Of a DNA stretch of 64,000 bases, positions 12,201 to 25,389 are shown piece by piece. Numbering within the stretch: position 1 is the stretch's first letter; the number at the start of each line of letters is the position of its first letter. A program made the translations under genes and the position numbers. The notes under the pieces are model-generated. The model saw nothing but the letters and a program-made list of their open reading frames with translations. It had not been told where the DNA came from and did not search any database. The stretch comes from Anthoceros angustus (Eukaryota; Plantae; Anthocerotophyta). The stretch lies in assembly GCA_010909165.1 (NCBI GenBank), contig VJWM01000117.1, forward strand, positions 372,001 to 436,000, given 5' to 3'.

Positions 12201-13480
12201 TAATCAGAGTATTCATTATCAAGATTTGAAGTATTGAACAAAAGAGATCATGAAAGCGATGAAAATTAAACCAATAGAATCAGGATCAAGGTGACAATGA
12301 TGTTGGGACAAAGGGTTGAAGGATCTGAAATAGTGGAGGACATTGTATCGAGGTTGAGGGATGTTGTATGAACAATTGGTTAGAAGGATTTTAATTAATG
12401 GAGGAGGGAATTTGGAAGTCATGATCAATTTTTAATTTGAGGGCCAATTGTCTTGAAAGGATTACATCAATTGTGAGTGATGAAGCAGGTGGCTTTGTTC
12501 AAATTGGCGATGATGAAATGGGGAAGGTGTGAGGATTTTGAGGAGACCACTTTTTGTTGTGCGTCAGGGTTGAATTATGTGGACCAACTCGATATCGATG
12601 GATGTATTTCTTAGAAAGGCACATGAAAGTGTTAAGAAAGGGGTAGCATGGCTTTAGGATACTTAGCACAAGAGATAATGTTTTATAGCTCGAGTTCTTT
12701 GAAATACACATGAAGAGGCACCAAGAGTGTGGAAATCAAGATGATGTCACCCAATGTGTTATTGCAAGGAATGGCAAAATTATGACGAATGATGTGGAAA
12801 TGCAATGATGAGGAGTGTTAGTGGAAAACTCGTGTACTCAAAAATGGCGAAAAGTGTATGCAGATAGACGACGAGCAACGCCCTTTGCGTAATGGTTGAT
12901 AGATGAAGTTATAGTAGAAGAAAGGGGAAATGCAGACAAACCTATGGGTTGGATGATGCAATTGTGCGAGGACCTCCTCAGTAAATGATCATATAAAACA
13001 TGGACTATAAGGACTATAGAGGAAAGAATACATGTGATAGCATTATAAAACATCTATATAGCCAAGCATGTGTTTCACATCGGGACACCGAACCTATTAT
13101 AGCGATTTTCCCTAGGAAAGGTGGAAAAGATTTTGGAGGTGGACTTAGTCTAAAAAGTAAATGTGTTGAAGGTGAGATGGTTCAAGGCTCAATGGAACAA
13201 AGAGCACATACCATCAAAAGATATACATCTCGTATGTTCATGGTTAACGATGTCATGTTATCCAATGATAAGTTGGAGGATGAGCCATTTGTACTAGTAT
13301 CGAGAAAGTGGAGCAAGTCTTTTGTATGAGAATTCAAAAAATGCATGGAAAATTGTGGGTACAAGCGCGTAAGAATAGTACAAGGTGAGGCTCAAGACGA
13401 GGATAACATGAGTCAAGATGATGAGGATGGATATCATAGGTGAGGATGATGAAGACAATGATAGCGTGAGCGATAATGAC
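9260..13480 (+). mobile_element. CACTA (En/Spm) Tnp2 transposase, degraded, multi-exon (Transposase_21, DUF4218, DUF4216 regions)
   Basis: Stitched frames: PLWVGAEISLLAFILLLLNIQRRHGWSDASF; GNKLPKSRAEIKKML..IHACQDDC; FPLIPRLKQMF; SDSYAWEHVD; LGLATDGINP; PPWLSIKNGHILLSMII; FKLKALLLWTMHDY; DIMHIEKNV-like; KSHDHH; VHLVREVELCGPTRYRWM; DEPFVL. These are canonical Tnp2 motifs. Confidence 0.92.
12430..12720 (+). repeat. Second copy of the DUF4218 segment of Tnp2 (duplicates ~11105-11420)
   Basis: ggccaattgtcttgaaagga and gttgaattatgtggaccaactcgatatcgatggatgt each occur at both loci. Confidence 0.85.
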
Positions 13481-14049
13481 CAATGAGTTACATAGTAGAG
13501 TTGGAGTAATAGACTTGTTATGTGGAAAGGAGAAGGGGAAGGAGATGATAGAGAGGATGGTGGGGGAGAGGGTGGGAGGATAGATAAGGAGTGGAGAGGG
13601 TGGGAGGATAGATAGGTAATTGATAGGTTGAAAAATATTTTAAAGCTTTTCTTATAAGTATAAAAAGTATCCCAAGTCTTAAATATTTCACTTATTTAAT
13701 TATAATTATGGTGAGTACAAACGACGTGGAAGAGGTTCGGTTTAAGGGTTTACGACGCCCAAAGCACGCCGATTGTTGCGATGACGTGTTGCCGCGCCAA
13801 TTTCGATCGACCTCTTCCGGCTTGGTAAGTGATGACCGCACTAGAATTGGGCCACAAATCAATCTCTTTTCTTTGAGTGTGGTATCGATCTTGGCCCTTG
13901 CCTCGGCAGAGCCCGGAAAGAGTAAAGAAGATGACGTTGATGATTTCTCTCAGGACACCCCCTTTGTTCCAGATGCACCCCAAGCTCAGAGCGGGTTCCG
14001 CCTCAGCAGGAGTGTGTACTGGGCCGCCTTTGGCTTGTCCCTGGAAAAC

Positions 14050-15900
14050 CGGCAGAGCCTTCACCATTGTTGAGGACACATAGTAAACAAGGTGAGGACA
14101 TAGCCCCCGCTTGCTTCACAAGATGGTTGTGATACAAGTCTCCCGCTTCCGCCATGCGAACAAGTGGCGCCATCCGCTTGGGGTTCGCCTGATGTAGGGA
14201 AGTTGTCCCACCACTCAAATTGGCAAAGTACCTCGAGAGGAGTGCGAATCCTCCTTCCGTTTTGGAGAATAAGTCGACAAATTTTGGACACTCGGAGAGC
14301 AGAGAACGACGCGCCCTACGCCACCGGATCATCTTATGGAGGAGGAATGGGAGCACCATGGATGTGGTCTTGGCAGTGGGGATAATCGTTTCTTGATCAA
14401 GAATCTACCGGTTGTCTTGGTTCCGCCCATCATATGCTATGATGGATATTGAACGACGACCCTACGTTACATGGATCGTCTTAATTGGCAAGTGGGGATG
14501 ACCGTCTTGATTTCAAAGAACCTCTGGTTTAGTCTTCACTATGATGGACAACTAGTGGTGATTCCCTAACCTTTTTGTAGTCTTGCTTGCTTTGTCGTGA
14601 TATGGTGACATGGAATGCCCTTATGGGTACAAAGGGCTCGGCTGCTGGAGAATGTAGTGGTGGGCACCTACCGTGGACATGTATGCAAAATTTGGTGAAC
14701 TGGAAAATGCCCGCCAAGTTTTTGTGAACGACCCATGAAAGAGGATGCTAAGGGTGCCCGATTTTGCAAATGGAATCGAATGTCATGCGCAAAGAGATCC
14801 GCAATGGCTTGCGAATCAGCAACCCCGAGCATTGAGAAGACCGAGCAACATGCTCCACACACCATCATTCACCATGCATGTCAACAACCTCCTCCTTTCC
14901 GGCTTGCAATAATGCGATGCCAACAACCTGCCTCTAAACGCTGGTGTAATCACGGCACTCGGAAGAGAACTCAAGCATGCCTTCCGCAAGGCCTTCCACA
15001 TCTCTCCATCATGTTGAAAATGCCATTCTCAACGCTTCCGAACTAAGGATTCCTTGCATGAACTTCAAGCGGGTGCTCGCATTTTGAAGCGAGACAAACA
15101 TGTGTGTCACAAGCATCCAAGATGCTCGTAATCGACATCCCATCTGAGTACACAACCGCAGGATTCGATCCATTACCTTAGGAAGTTCTCTTGCCTCTCA
15201 ATGTGCCAATGTTGGGTGGTGCGCTGCGATTTGAAATGCCCATGGTGCACCCTAAAATGCCATTCTCCACGCTGGAATCCTTTCCTTCTCAGATAATTTT
15301 GGAGGCTCGCAAAGCGCAGAGTCACCAAGATGCCTCCTTGGTGCACCACCGGACTTGGCTTGCCCGGTGGTGTGATGATCCGTGCCGATGTTGTTCTCTC
15401 CCAAACTCCCATTATGCGTGATCACATCCCGCATACCGGAATATGTACGTGACCCCACACAAGAATTGGTTATATATTATGGGCGGCCATATCCATCCCG
15501 CACCGCGGTCACACCGGGTACAAATGTCTTGAATAATGGATGACGATGGGTGGTGATGCCCGCAAGAAGACGAACGAGTCATCCATGCTACGTGACCGGG
15601 TCTCATGCAGTGACATGATGATTGATGAGCGGCACGTATGGTTGATTGGTCGCCAATGTAAAACAAAATACATATGCGGTCGAAATGGCGACACATTGTA
15701 CAATTTGCGTGAACGGCAATGAAATGCACCAGCCCGGCTTTGCTCCACTTGGAAGGTGAGGCACCATGACCCACCATGACCCATCATTCACAACAAGCGA
15801 GTTCAACTCCTGGACAAGAGCTGAAACATGGGAGACATGAGGTGAGCACTTTGTTCGCAACTCGATGGACAATTAGCAAGGTCGAGGCCGATCGTGGCCA
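14050..15900 (-). mobile_element. hAT (DUF659-type) transposase remnant
   Basis: Minus fragments: W..TNQPYVPLINHHV (cf. DGWTDxxxRPLINF), IIQDICT (cf. VVQVVTDN), IF..AGCDH (cf. IFWxPCAAH), EWWDNF..PQ..RLVSQPSCEASG (cf. hAT C-terminal WW..RILSQPCSASGCER). Highly frameshifted. Confidence 0.55.
14585..14730 (+). pseudogene. Short PLS-PPR fragment
   Basis: RDMVTWNALM..ENVVVGT..VDMYAKFGELENARQVF, typical S/P motifs. Confidence 0.7.
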
Positions 15901-16289
15901 CCGCTTCCTCCGCCGTTCCTTGCACTCATGCTATGTTTTTTAGGAGAGCTTCATCTGGGCACATATGCTTCCAAATGCCACGGCATCACCGCCGGATGCC
16001 GATGCATCATGACAGGGGCACATGTAATCTATAGATGAAGCGACCATGTTACTCTTTGCCTCAAAGCAAAACTAACATAGCCTTGGCCAAGTGGATCATG
16101 ACTATGTTCGATGACCGCTGCGAACGGGATGTGGTAGCCTTCGTGTGGACTTGGCCTCGATGGAAGCGAGATAGAATACCCAAGCACCGGCAATGGCACC
16201 GAAGCCCGATCGATACAACGTGCAAGATCGCTTTGCAATGGACTTTGTACATGAGACGTTGTGAATTTGGTGTAAACGTGAGGCTGATC

Positions 16290-16560
16290 TCCTTGTCATA
16301 CATTTTACAACATACAAGTGCGCTTTGCAACGGCTGTGTTGTAAATTAGACTATGTTGTAAAAGTTGTGGGAGGCCTATCTTGGCCTCTCTTAAACGCTT
16401 TACAATGTACAAAGCGGTTTGCAATGGATCGTGTTGTAAATTAGATTAGGTTGTACGATGTTGTAAAACATGAGAGAGGCCCGATCCCGGCCGTCTCAAA
16501 CATTTATACGTACATTGTTATAACGGACCGTGTTGTAAAACACGGTCCGTTGCAAAGCCC
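16290..16560. repeat. Cluster of (T)GTTGTAAA motifs, TE subterminal-like
   Basis: At least 5 gttgtaaa plus ~2 tttacaa within ~270 bp. Confidence 0.65.
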
Positions 16561-16665
16561 AATTGAATGCTTTGTCTTCAAGCCGGGAGGAGGTGACCGT
16601 CGGAGAGAAGCGGGAGGAGGTGACCGACGGAGAGGTGTGTTTGGGTATACCTCTTCACTCCCACT

Positions 16666-18913
16666 TGTTGATCATTTTGGAAAGTGATGCTCCAACAACC
16701 GGATCATCTGGGCCCTTGTAGGATGGAGTCCAAAGCGTTATATTCCTCTTCTTCATCTTCACGCCTGCGGCAATTGGAGAAGGGGTTGTGGAGTAACGAT
16801 CGAGATGTCGCCTCCTCTAAGGATGCGAACCCCGCCACCCGAAGAGACTCCTAGGCTGCAAGCGGCCAGGGCTGACAACCTCCGCCGCTGGGACCCACCG
16901 ACACCGCCCGGGAAGCTGAGCCGACCAAGAAACGGAGCGCCTCGCACAACGCTGTGCCGAGGACTAGGCGCGAGGCCATAATCGGGAGGACATGGGAGGT
17001 CCTCCATTGCGCGCTTAGCTTCCACAATTTCTCCCACGCTGCCCCACGCCACCAGAAGAGGAGCTCGGCCTCACCCCGAGGCTATGTCTGACGGAGGGAG
17101 GTGAGGCCCTCACGGCCTCAATTTCCCTCGAGGTAACCCCGATAAGGATGTGAAGATTGTGAGCCTAGGCAGTGCAATGCCAGCTCTCCTATCTCGTATC
17201 GATGCAAGCATCCGTCCGGTCATGAAGCGGATCGAGGAGTTACTGCTCCCTCGGTCATGTTGTAAGCCGCCATGAAGTGACCGGGTTTTGCTTCATCTCT
17301 GCTCCTACTCCCACTCGCTCTAAAGCTATCTAATTGCTTTGTGTCTTGACCGCAGGATCTGCCTTGAGGATTGAGGAGGATCTGCCTCCCGAAGATTACA
17401 TGTGCGTGAGGACTCCGATGCTACGAAGGCCTCCAGTCCTCCGACTCGAGAATCCAAAGGAAGAGTCCTCCGAGACCGATGAACTGAGGATTAGGTATTA
17501 GTAGCATGTAGGCTAGTTGGGGTTAGATAGGAAAGTTCCGGACTCTCCTAACCCCTGCACCTGAACATGCTTCTCGTGCAGCTCTTTTGAAAGAGCTGCT
17601 AATATATCTCGCAGGGTTTTCTTGTGTAGGCACATACTCCGTTGCTTGACTAACCTTCCGCTTGCGTTTGGGATGCTTGAGCTGAAGTGAGATCAAGATG
17701 GAAGTGAGATGAGGAGTCAAAGTGTGAGCTCCTCTTCACTCGAAGGTCACCAGAGGATCCTTCAACCTTAGCGACTAAGGATCTAAATACTCCTATGTGT
17801 TTTCGGAATCACCTCAATGCCGCCATTACACTAATGACATTTCGTCCGCATAGGTCCTTCAACCTCTTCCGGATGCATGCGGTGACATTTCAACATTTCA
17901 ACATGCCTCTACATTTCGGATGTTACGACTAACCATGCTTCGTGAAATCCCTCAGATTGGTTTTCGTTCGGCATACTATGTAGATTATCGCAAGTGAAGG
18001 CCTATCGAAACTCTATACCTATTGCGTCTATTAGAAATTAGCTCCAGGCGAGGCCATCGGCGCTGGATTGGCCATTTCATTAGGCGACTTTGTCTGCTAA
18101 TATGCAAGAACTCGCATATCATTGTATTACAAATCTTTATATGTAGCTCGCTAATCAGTATTGTCCTAGTGTATCTCCATTGAATTGCGTAAGGTCGCAA
18201 TCCAAAGGAAGTACACTAGGATTCCTACCTAGATTCGCAGTTGCTATAAAATTTTCAACCGGTATACTCCACGGCCTAGGTTGAACTCACTACTCCGCCA
18301 TGGAGTAGCGAGATTGTATACACCCGCCGGCCCTTGATGAGTCGGCCAATTTTACCCCTGCAGTCTACCTAACATGCATATATAGCCCTACATGCAATAT
18401 CTAGAAAAGCGGAATTCCCATGGTTCAAGGAAGTTGCCTTCCTCGGCCCTCGAAATAGGTTTCTATCTACATGCTACTTTTCCCAAGGACCAAGGAACAT
18501 CCTTCCGAACCAAGACCAAGGACTAGGTTTCTATCTACATACCATTTTCCCAAGGACCAAGGAACATCCTTCCGAACCAAGACCAAGGACTCGAAATAGG
18601 CTTCTATCTACTTGCTACTTTCCCAAGGACCAAGGAACATCATTCAAACCTCAAGACCAAGGACTTGAGTCTGTTCTTCCAAACCCCAAAGACCAAGGAC
18701 TTGAGTCCTACCTATTTGAATAGATAGGACTACGGACTCGTAGCGGACTTGAGCGGCCACCGCTTCTCGGTGTGACCACACCAAGTAACCGTCCTCCCAT
18801 CACCACTTCCTAGGACTCCCCTCTTGTGCGTGGGAAACTAGGCGAGGTAAGAGGAGCTCTTGCTCGCCTAACATTCGTGCAAGGAGTCCGGTGAGGTCCT
18901 CGGTTAAACAACA
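16666..18913. mobile_element. Possible LTR/solo-LTR-like segment
   Basis: Bounded by TGTTG...CAACA and contains an internal tandem repeat, but no matching TSD, PBS or second LTR was seen. Confidence 0.3.
18455..18710. repeat. Tandem repeat, ~68-bp unit x3 plus partial copies
   Basis: taggtttctatctac...ttcccaaggaccaaggaacatccttccgaaccaagaccaaggact repeated. Confidence 0.9.
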
Positions 18914-19149
18914 TGTTCAAGCCACTTGTTGGATGAGAAGCTTGTTTCTTTGAATATGCAGTGGGTCATTGTGCTTCTCCTTCCAAGTCGAGCTCCCAAG
19001 AAAGCTGAGCACAGGAGGTGTGCCGGATTGGATATGGGAGTCGTGACACCGTAACCATCGACGTTATGTGAGTAGGGAAAGCTTATCGAGGCCGTTGGAG
19101 CTCAGAAAATCTAGCGAGATAGACTATTCTATTCCTCACCATCTTATAT

Positions 19150-20130
19150 GTCGTGCTAAAACTTTGTGCGATAAGAAGGACATGGTTGTGGGATGACGCG
19201 TTCATGATCTCACACAAACTTGGGTACGAGTCAATCACATACTTGGGGAACCATATCTTGCGGATGTATGTATCCGGAGGTAGGCTGTGGAGGGTGGGCA
19301 AACCAAATCCCTTCATGTGGTTTTCAATAATCTCCGCACATGCTACACATGGGGAGCCTAATGAGGCGATACAACTTTACTATGCGATGTGTCGCTGTGA
19401 AGGCGGATGCCCACATCTTTGTAGCAGCCCTTCAAGCTTGTGCATTTGCCGTGGACTCGAATCTAGCGAAAAGTGCGGCATGATATGTTGCATGTGACAT
19501 TCCACCGAACTTGTTTATTGCCAAGTCGGTGGACATGTACGCAAACCGTGGTGAATCGGAAGAGGCACACACGGTTTTCGATAGGTTAGGCGAAAGGATG
19601 TCGTGACATGGGCCCCGATAGTTGGGTATGCAAATCATGGGCTTGGCCAAGAGGCGCTTGTTCGTATGGACAAATGGAGAAGGAGGGCGATTGTGGGCAA
19701 CCATGTTACCTTTGCTTGCCTTCCAAGGCTGTGCAAACGCAAGTGCCTTACAGGCGGTGCACCGCACTGATTGTGGAGAGAGGACTAGATAACACACTTG
19801 TGGGCACTTGCGGTGGACATGTAGGCAAAGTGTGGCGAAGTAGAAGATGCGCATCAAGTTTTTGAATGCTTGAGCCCAAAGGATGTGGTGACTTGGAATG
19901 CCACGATTCGGGTATGGACGAAAGGGCTTGGTCAAGAGGCGCTATTTTTGTATGGACGAATGCAACAGGAGGGCCCGCTTGTGGTGATGAGGTTACTTTT
20001 GCTTGCCTTTTGAAGGCATGTGCAAGCATTGGTGCCTAGGGCGGTGTAGCGCACTCACCTTGTGCAAAGAGGACATTTGGATAACATTTGTGGGCGCTCG
20101 GTGGACTGATGCCAAGATGCATGCCTCGTT
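19150..20130 (+). pseudogene. PLS-class PPR gene fragment, frameshifted
   Basis: WFSIISAHATHGEPNEAIQLYYAM, KADAHIFVAALQAC, VDMYA..GESEEAHTVFDRL..DVVTW, DVVTWNATI, VTFACLLKAC; multiple indels. Confidence 0.85.
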
Positions 20131-20149
20131 TTTGACTATTAGGAAAATT

Positions 20150-21290
20150 CTTACACCGACATTTACAATGCTGGCACTATTTATAAATCGATAAATTTGT
20201 ATAACATTTTACAATGTATTTGCAATGAACATGCCACATCGAATTTCACTAATATATAGCCTCATAAATGACATAAATCAGAAAAGGTCTCTTCCACATA
20301 TTTACAACGGCATTTGCGACAAGCATGCCACATCGCAATCTTACTAATATATAACCTCATAAATTACATAAATAAGGAAAAGGCATGCCACATCAAATCT
20401 TACTAATATATAACCTCATAAATTACATAAATAAGGAAAAGGTCTCTTCCAAAATTTACAACCACATCTACAACAAACATGCCACATCAGCAAATAATAT
20501 ATTTATTCATGGATATTGGCTGGCTTGTGCATTTTACAACCATAGTTACGACGCATGTGCCACGCCAAGAAATATACAATAAAATGAATAATCCAATAAT
20601 ATAACATAAATTGGAGAAACCATTTTACAATGATATTTGCAATGAGCTTGCCATGTCAGCAAATAATAAATTTATTTATAGATATTTATATAAAATGGTT
20701 TTCATGCGTTTTACAACCATAGCTACAATGCATGTGACACGTCAAGAATACAAAAAAAAAGATAATCCCATAACTAACATAAATCCAGAGAAACATATTT
20801 ACAACATCATTTGCAACGAACTTGCCACATCAGCAAATAATAAATCTATTCATAGATATTCCAATAAATGGTATTATTCCAAAAATCAAGTCTTGCACAA
20901 TTTACAACCACATCTACAACAAACATGGTTTACAACGTCTTTTACAAGTACCGTTTACAACATCCTTTATGCCACGTCATTATAAATTCAACAAAATGTA
21001 GTTTTATTAACAAATAACCCCCATAGTTTTCTAAATCAAAAGAGTTTATGCACAATTAACAACGCTATGTACAACGAGCAAGCCATGTCAACAAACCCCG
21101 TTGTGTCAACATGCCATGTCAACAAATCCCGTTGTAAAATTGTCAACATGCCATGTCAACAAACCCCGTTGTAAAATCCATGCCACATCATATTAGTTAG
21201 GAACCCTTGTTGTAAATGTTCAAAAACTTACAATGGGCTTTGAGTAGTAAGAGTGTTGTAGTTTCCTCTAACTAAACTTAGACCCATTTG
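20150..21290. repeat. AT-rich region with a dense TTTACAA(C) motif array and GCCACATC words, TE subterminal-like
   Basis: About a dozen tttacaa, then gttgtaaa x3 near 21130-21215; includes an exact ~43-bp duplication near 20340-20440. Confidence 0.7.
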
Positions 21291-23768
21291 TAAAAGGTAG
21301 CCCCTCCTTATAGTGCTAGGGTCAACTAACCATAGCTAGGTAACCTAGTAAAGACAAGGTCGGTTAAACCAGAAACACGTTGTCGGGACAAGGTCGCAGC
21401 TACTTAAGCCCGTTCCCAAGAATCAAGACGGACTGATACCAAAGACGGAGCCCTCCGGCGTCCGGATCTCCATCTCCGAGAAGAGTGATGACATCTTGGT
21501 ATAAGAGCCGAACGATCGACCACTTTCGTGCACGGGATGACTCCAAAGCAGATGGCACTGCCTTGGAGTGATTAAGAGGCAGCGGTATGGGAGCTCCCAG
21601 CGGACCATCGAGGAGTGGGAGAAGCGACGTGAGCGGGAGGTTTTGAACTGTGATCTTTGGACCGAGATTGTTTGCATCTTGCATTGGCTTGACATCCGGT
21701 GGAGAACAGATGAAATTTTGAAGGCGACAAGAGTTTGTAGGCGGAAGGTGTGGGAAAGGAGCCATGGACTTTGGAAGCCAAGAGCTAGAGCAAGATGCAA
21801 GGAGGGGCGAATAGGCAGTCGCGGGGTTTTGGTGCTATATGCAGGAGGCACGCCAATGGTGGCGCCAATAAGTGATTGAAGAACACCCATGACCTGGGCT
21901 CAGCTGGCATTCTATGTCGTGTAGCCCGGGGGCAAGACGGTCACTGGCTTAAGACTCCTAGGAGTCAAGGGTATGCAAGAACTTGACATCCTGGGTGGAG
22001 AACAGATTGAATTTTGAAGGCGACAAGAGTTTGTGAGGCGGAAGGTGTGGGAAAGGAGCCATGGACTTTGGAAGCCAAGAGCTAGAGCAAGATGCAAGGA
22101 GAGGGACTAATGATTTAGTAGTCGCAGGTTTTGGTGCTATATGTGAGGCACGCCAATGGTCGCCAATAAGTGATTGAAGAACACCCATGCGAATGACTGA
22201 CTCAGTCATTCTATGTCGTGTAGCCCGGGGGCAAGACGGTCACGAAGACTCCTAGGAGTCAAGGGTATGCAAGAACTTGGACATCTTGTTGCAAAGCGAA
22301 AAAGATAGCAACAAGAGGCCCATGGGCTCAAGTCGAGGTCTCATAGCCAGCTAGACCTAAAGCATGTCACATTGCATGTGGGTTGTGAGAAGTGCAAGAA
22401 TTGCTAGCTTGGCCCGGCGAGAAGTGGCTAGACAGAGCTCGCCTCAAACATTAGGTTCGAGACGAGACGGTAGGAAGTGGCAACCGCGACGCCTGCCTGC
22501 TTAGCCCACTGTGGAATGTGCGTTATGGTATCGATTCTTCTAATTGCAACAAGTCGATCAATGAGAAGCGACGCGTAAGTGAGATCCGATCGAGCAGCTT
22601 GTTCTTTCAATGATCTCGTTTCCACATGCACCGGATGCACTTACTAGCATCAAACATCATAGCTGAAATTTTGGAGGAGCAACGTCCATGGAGCAGTTGA
22701 GACACGAACGAGCCGGTGTATCTGTAGAGACAATTGGCGCAGCATCTAGGCCATATTGCGCTCGAATGCCTAGCAAGAACGAGGCGGGCCGCGATTGGTC
22801 TCAATAGGCAGCTCAACTTAGGATTTGGTCAAATTCAAATTGCTCGAGTTCGCTCGACGTGGCAAAGATCTTCTCGCAATGCTCTAAACCCGCGATCGGC
22901 CAGGAGAGGTCTTGCATACCAAAGGCGCTGGTCACGACTACCAATCAACCTCACCGACACATTGGCTAACATGTGTCGACGTCGAGATTAAAGTTAGCTA
23001 TGCTTCTCATGATCAATGAGAAGCCGATAAGAGAGCTTATCATGCCACTGGGACCTAATGAAAGGAAGGCCCGCCCATACATAAATGCATGATGAGCCAT
23101 GTCCTTGAGCATAGGCTTTTGCTGCATTGGGATGAGGGACTTGAATTTGGTGCTATCTAGAAATGGCTCTGGGTGCCTCGTTGGGGAAGCTAACACCTCC
23201 TCTCGGTTTTTGGACCACATCCATCCCTCACAACGTACATGCTTAACCGCTTTTGCCCTTGGTACTAATCAGGCGATTCCAGCTCCTAGATGTTAACTCC
23301 CATGCCTTTCACCATATCACAGTTCCTTTGGTATTCTGCTATGGAAAATACCTCACACCAACTTAAATTAAATTAGTTTTTTTCTTTATTGTGGACTTGT
23401 TGCGATCTTAGTTAAGTGCTTCGTATGCATTTGTATCTATCTATCTCTTCTAACGAAAATTATAATTTATAATATTCCATGACTATATTGTGTCTATGTA
23501 ATGACTAAAGGTATGATGACTATATATAATATATAATGACTGTATGAATTAAATTGAGAAAATATTCAAATTGTTCAATAATAAAATTCATAAACATTAG
23601 CAAGTAAGAGAACAAAAGTACAATTTCATAACACACCATTTTGCTATAGGTCTAAAACTAAGATAAAAGCAGATCACGCTTACACTTCTAAAGAGGAATG
23701 TGTTCGCTTTGAAATATGATTAAGTTGCTAGTTTTATCTCTTAACATTTGAGACGTGAAAATTTTCAA

Positions 23769-24760
23769 CTAAGATCTAATCATTATAATTATTGAGAAGA
23801 GCCTTCTACCACGTAAATTTCTAGCAACCTCGTTAGTGCTCATTTGATTCTATCATGTGACCTCTCGCCAAAAGAAGACCTTTCAACGCCCTTTCTAACT
23901 TTCGGATAGCTTTACCATTGGTAGGTATGTTTGGCCCACAATCTGGCCGATAACTATCGTCCTCATTCACTTGGGTTTGTTTGGGCCATCGGGTTTCTAG
24001 GTCATCCTCATTCACGGGTTGGTTTGGGCCACTAGCTTCTAGGTCGTCCTCATTCACGGGTTCGTTTGGGCCACAAGCTTCTAGGTCGTCCTCATTGACG
24101 GGTTCGTTTGGGCCACAAGCTTCTAGGTCGCCCTCATTCACGGGTTCGTTAGGGCCACAAGCTTCTAGGTCATCCTCATTCACGGGTTTGTTAGGGCCAC
24201 AAGCTTCTAGGTCGCCCTCATTCACGTTCGTTAGGGCCACAAGCTTCTAGACAGGATAGCTGCGCTCATTTTCGTGTTTTTTGGGCCACAAACTTCCTTG
24301 CTCTCGGTTTTAGAATTGTACCTACAAAAATTGATAAACGATTTCAAATACTCTACATATCTTTTAAAACATCTTGCTGATCGCTTATCACCAAATGACA
24401 AAAACTAAAATTGTTACCCATGACGGGGGAATATTGCGAGAAGAATCGCTTGCCATGGTTGTAACATTGTGAGAAGAATCATTTGCCGTGGTTGTATGGC
24501 TGTGAGAAGAATCCTTCCAACCTGTTCTCCTTTTCTTTGGCACCTTGCAGTGATCTAAACCCTTCCAAGCCACTATGCATATACTTACAATTGAGGCGCA
24601 ATAAGTTTTCAAGCTCCTACATCCCTCCGATCCAATGAAAGCGTGATATGCTCCGGATGTCGCGTCGTACATGTTGAATCTTGTATCTTGGGAGATAAGA
24701 GCGTGTGGTCCCTTGCCATTACATTTGAAGGTAGTAATATCCTCAATGTAGAGCATAGGC
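23769..24760 (-). pseudogene. PLATZ-like gene, 5'-truncated copy (3' half only)
   Basis: Has LYIEDITTFKCN, the intron and the EDDLEACGPNEPVN repeats. At 24751-24760 (GAGCATAGGC) the sequence jumps back into another part of the unit, removing the first Zn motif. Confidence 0.75.
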
Positions 24761-25389
24761 TTTTACAGATTGGGATGAGGGACTTGAATTTGGTGCTATC
24801 GGCCTAGAATGGTGGTGCCTCGTTGGGCGCAATACCTCCTCTGGTTTTTGACGGACATCCATCCTCCGCAACATGCTTAACAGCGTGCTTGCCCAAACTC
24901 CTGCGATTCCAGTTCCTAGATGTTAACCTCGATGCCTTTCACCATGCGAGTTCCTTTGGTATTCATATGATGATGAAATACCTCACTTAAATTAAATTAG
25001 TTTTTTTCTTTATTGTGGACTTGTTGCGATCTTAGTTAAGTGCTTCGTGCATTTGTATCTATCTATCTCTTCTTGAAAAATTATAATTTATAATATTCCA
25101 TGACTATATCAGGTCTATGTAATGACTAAAGGTATGATGACTATATATAATATATAATGACTGTATGAATTAAATTGAGAAAATATTCAAATTGTTCAAT
25201 AATAAAATTCATAAACATTAGCAAGTAAGAGAACAAAAGTACAATTTCATAACACACCATTTTGCTATAGGTCTAAAACTAAGATAAAAGCAGATCACGC
25301 TTACACTTCTAAAGAGGAATGTGTTCGCTTTGAAATATGATTAAGTTGCTAGTTTTATCTCTTAACATTTGAGACGTGAAAATTTTCAA

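Noticed and set aside
6090-21315. CACTATAG (6090) and TTATAGTG (~21308) as TIRs of one 15-kb CACTA
   Set aside because: Only ~7 bp match, and the flanking 3-mers (GCA vs CTA) do not form a TSD.
23980-24250. Regular 42-bp repeats as a CRISPR array
   Set aside because: The units are contiguous with no unique spacers, they encode an in-frame peptide repeat, there are no cas genes and the context is eukaryotic.
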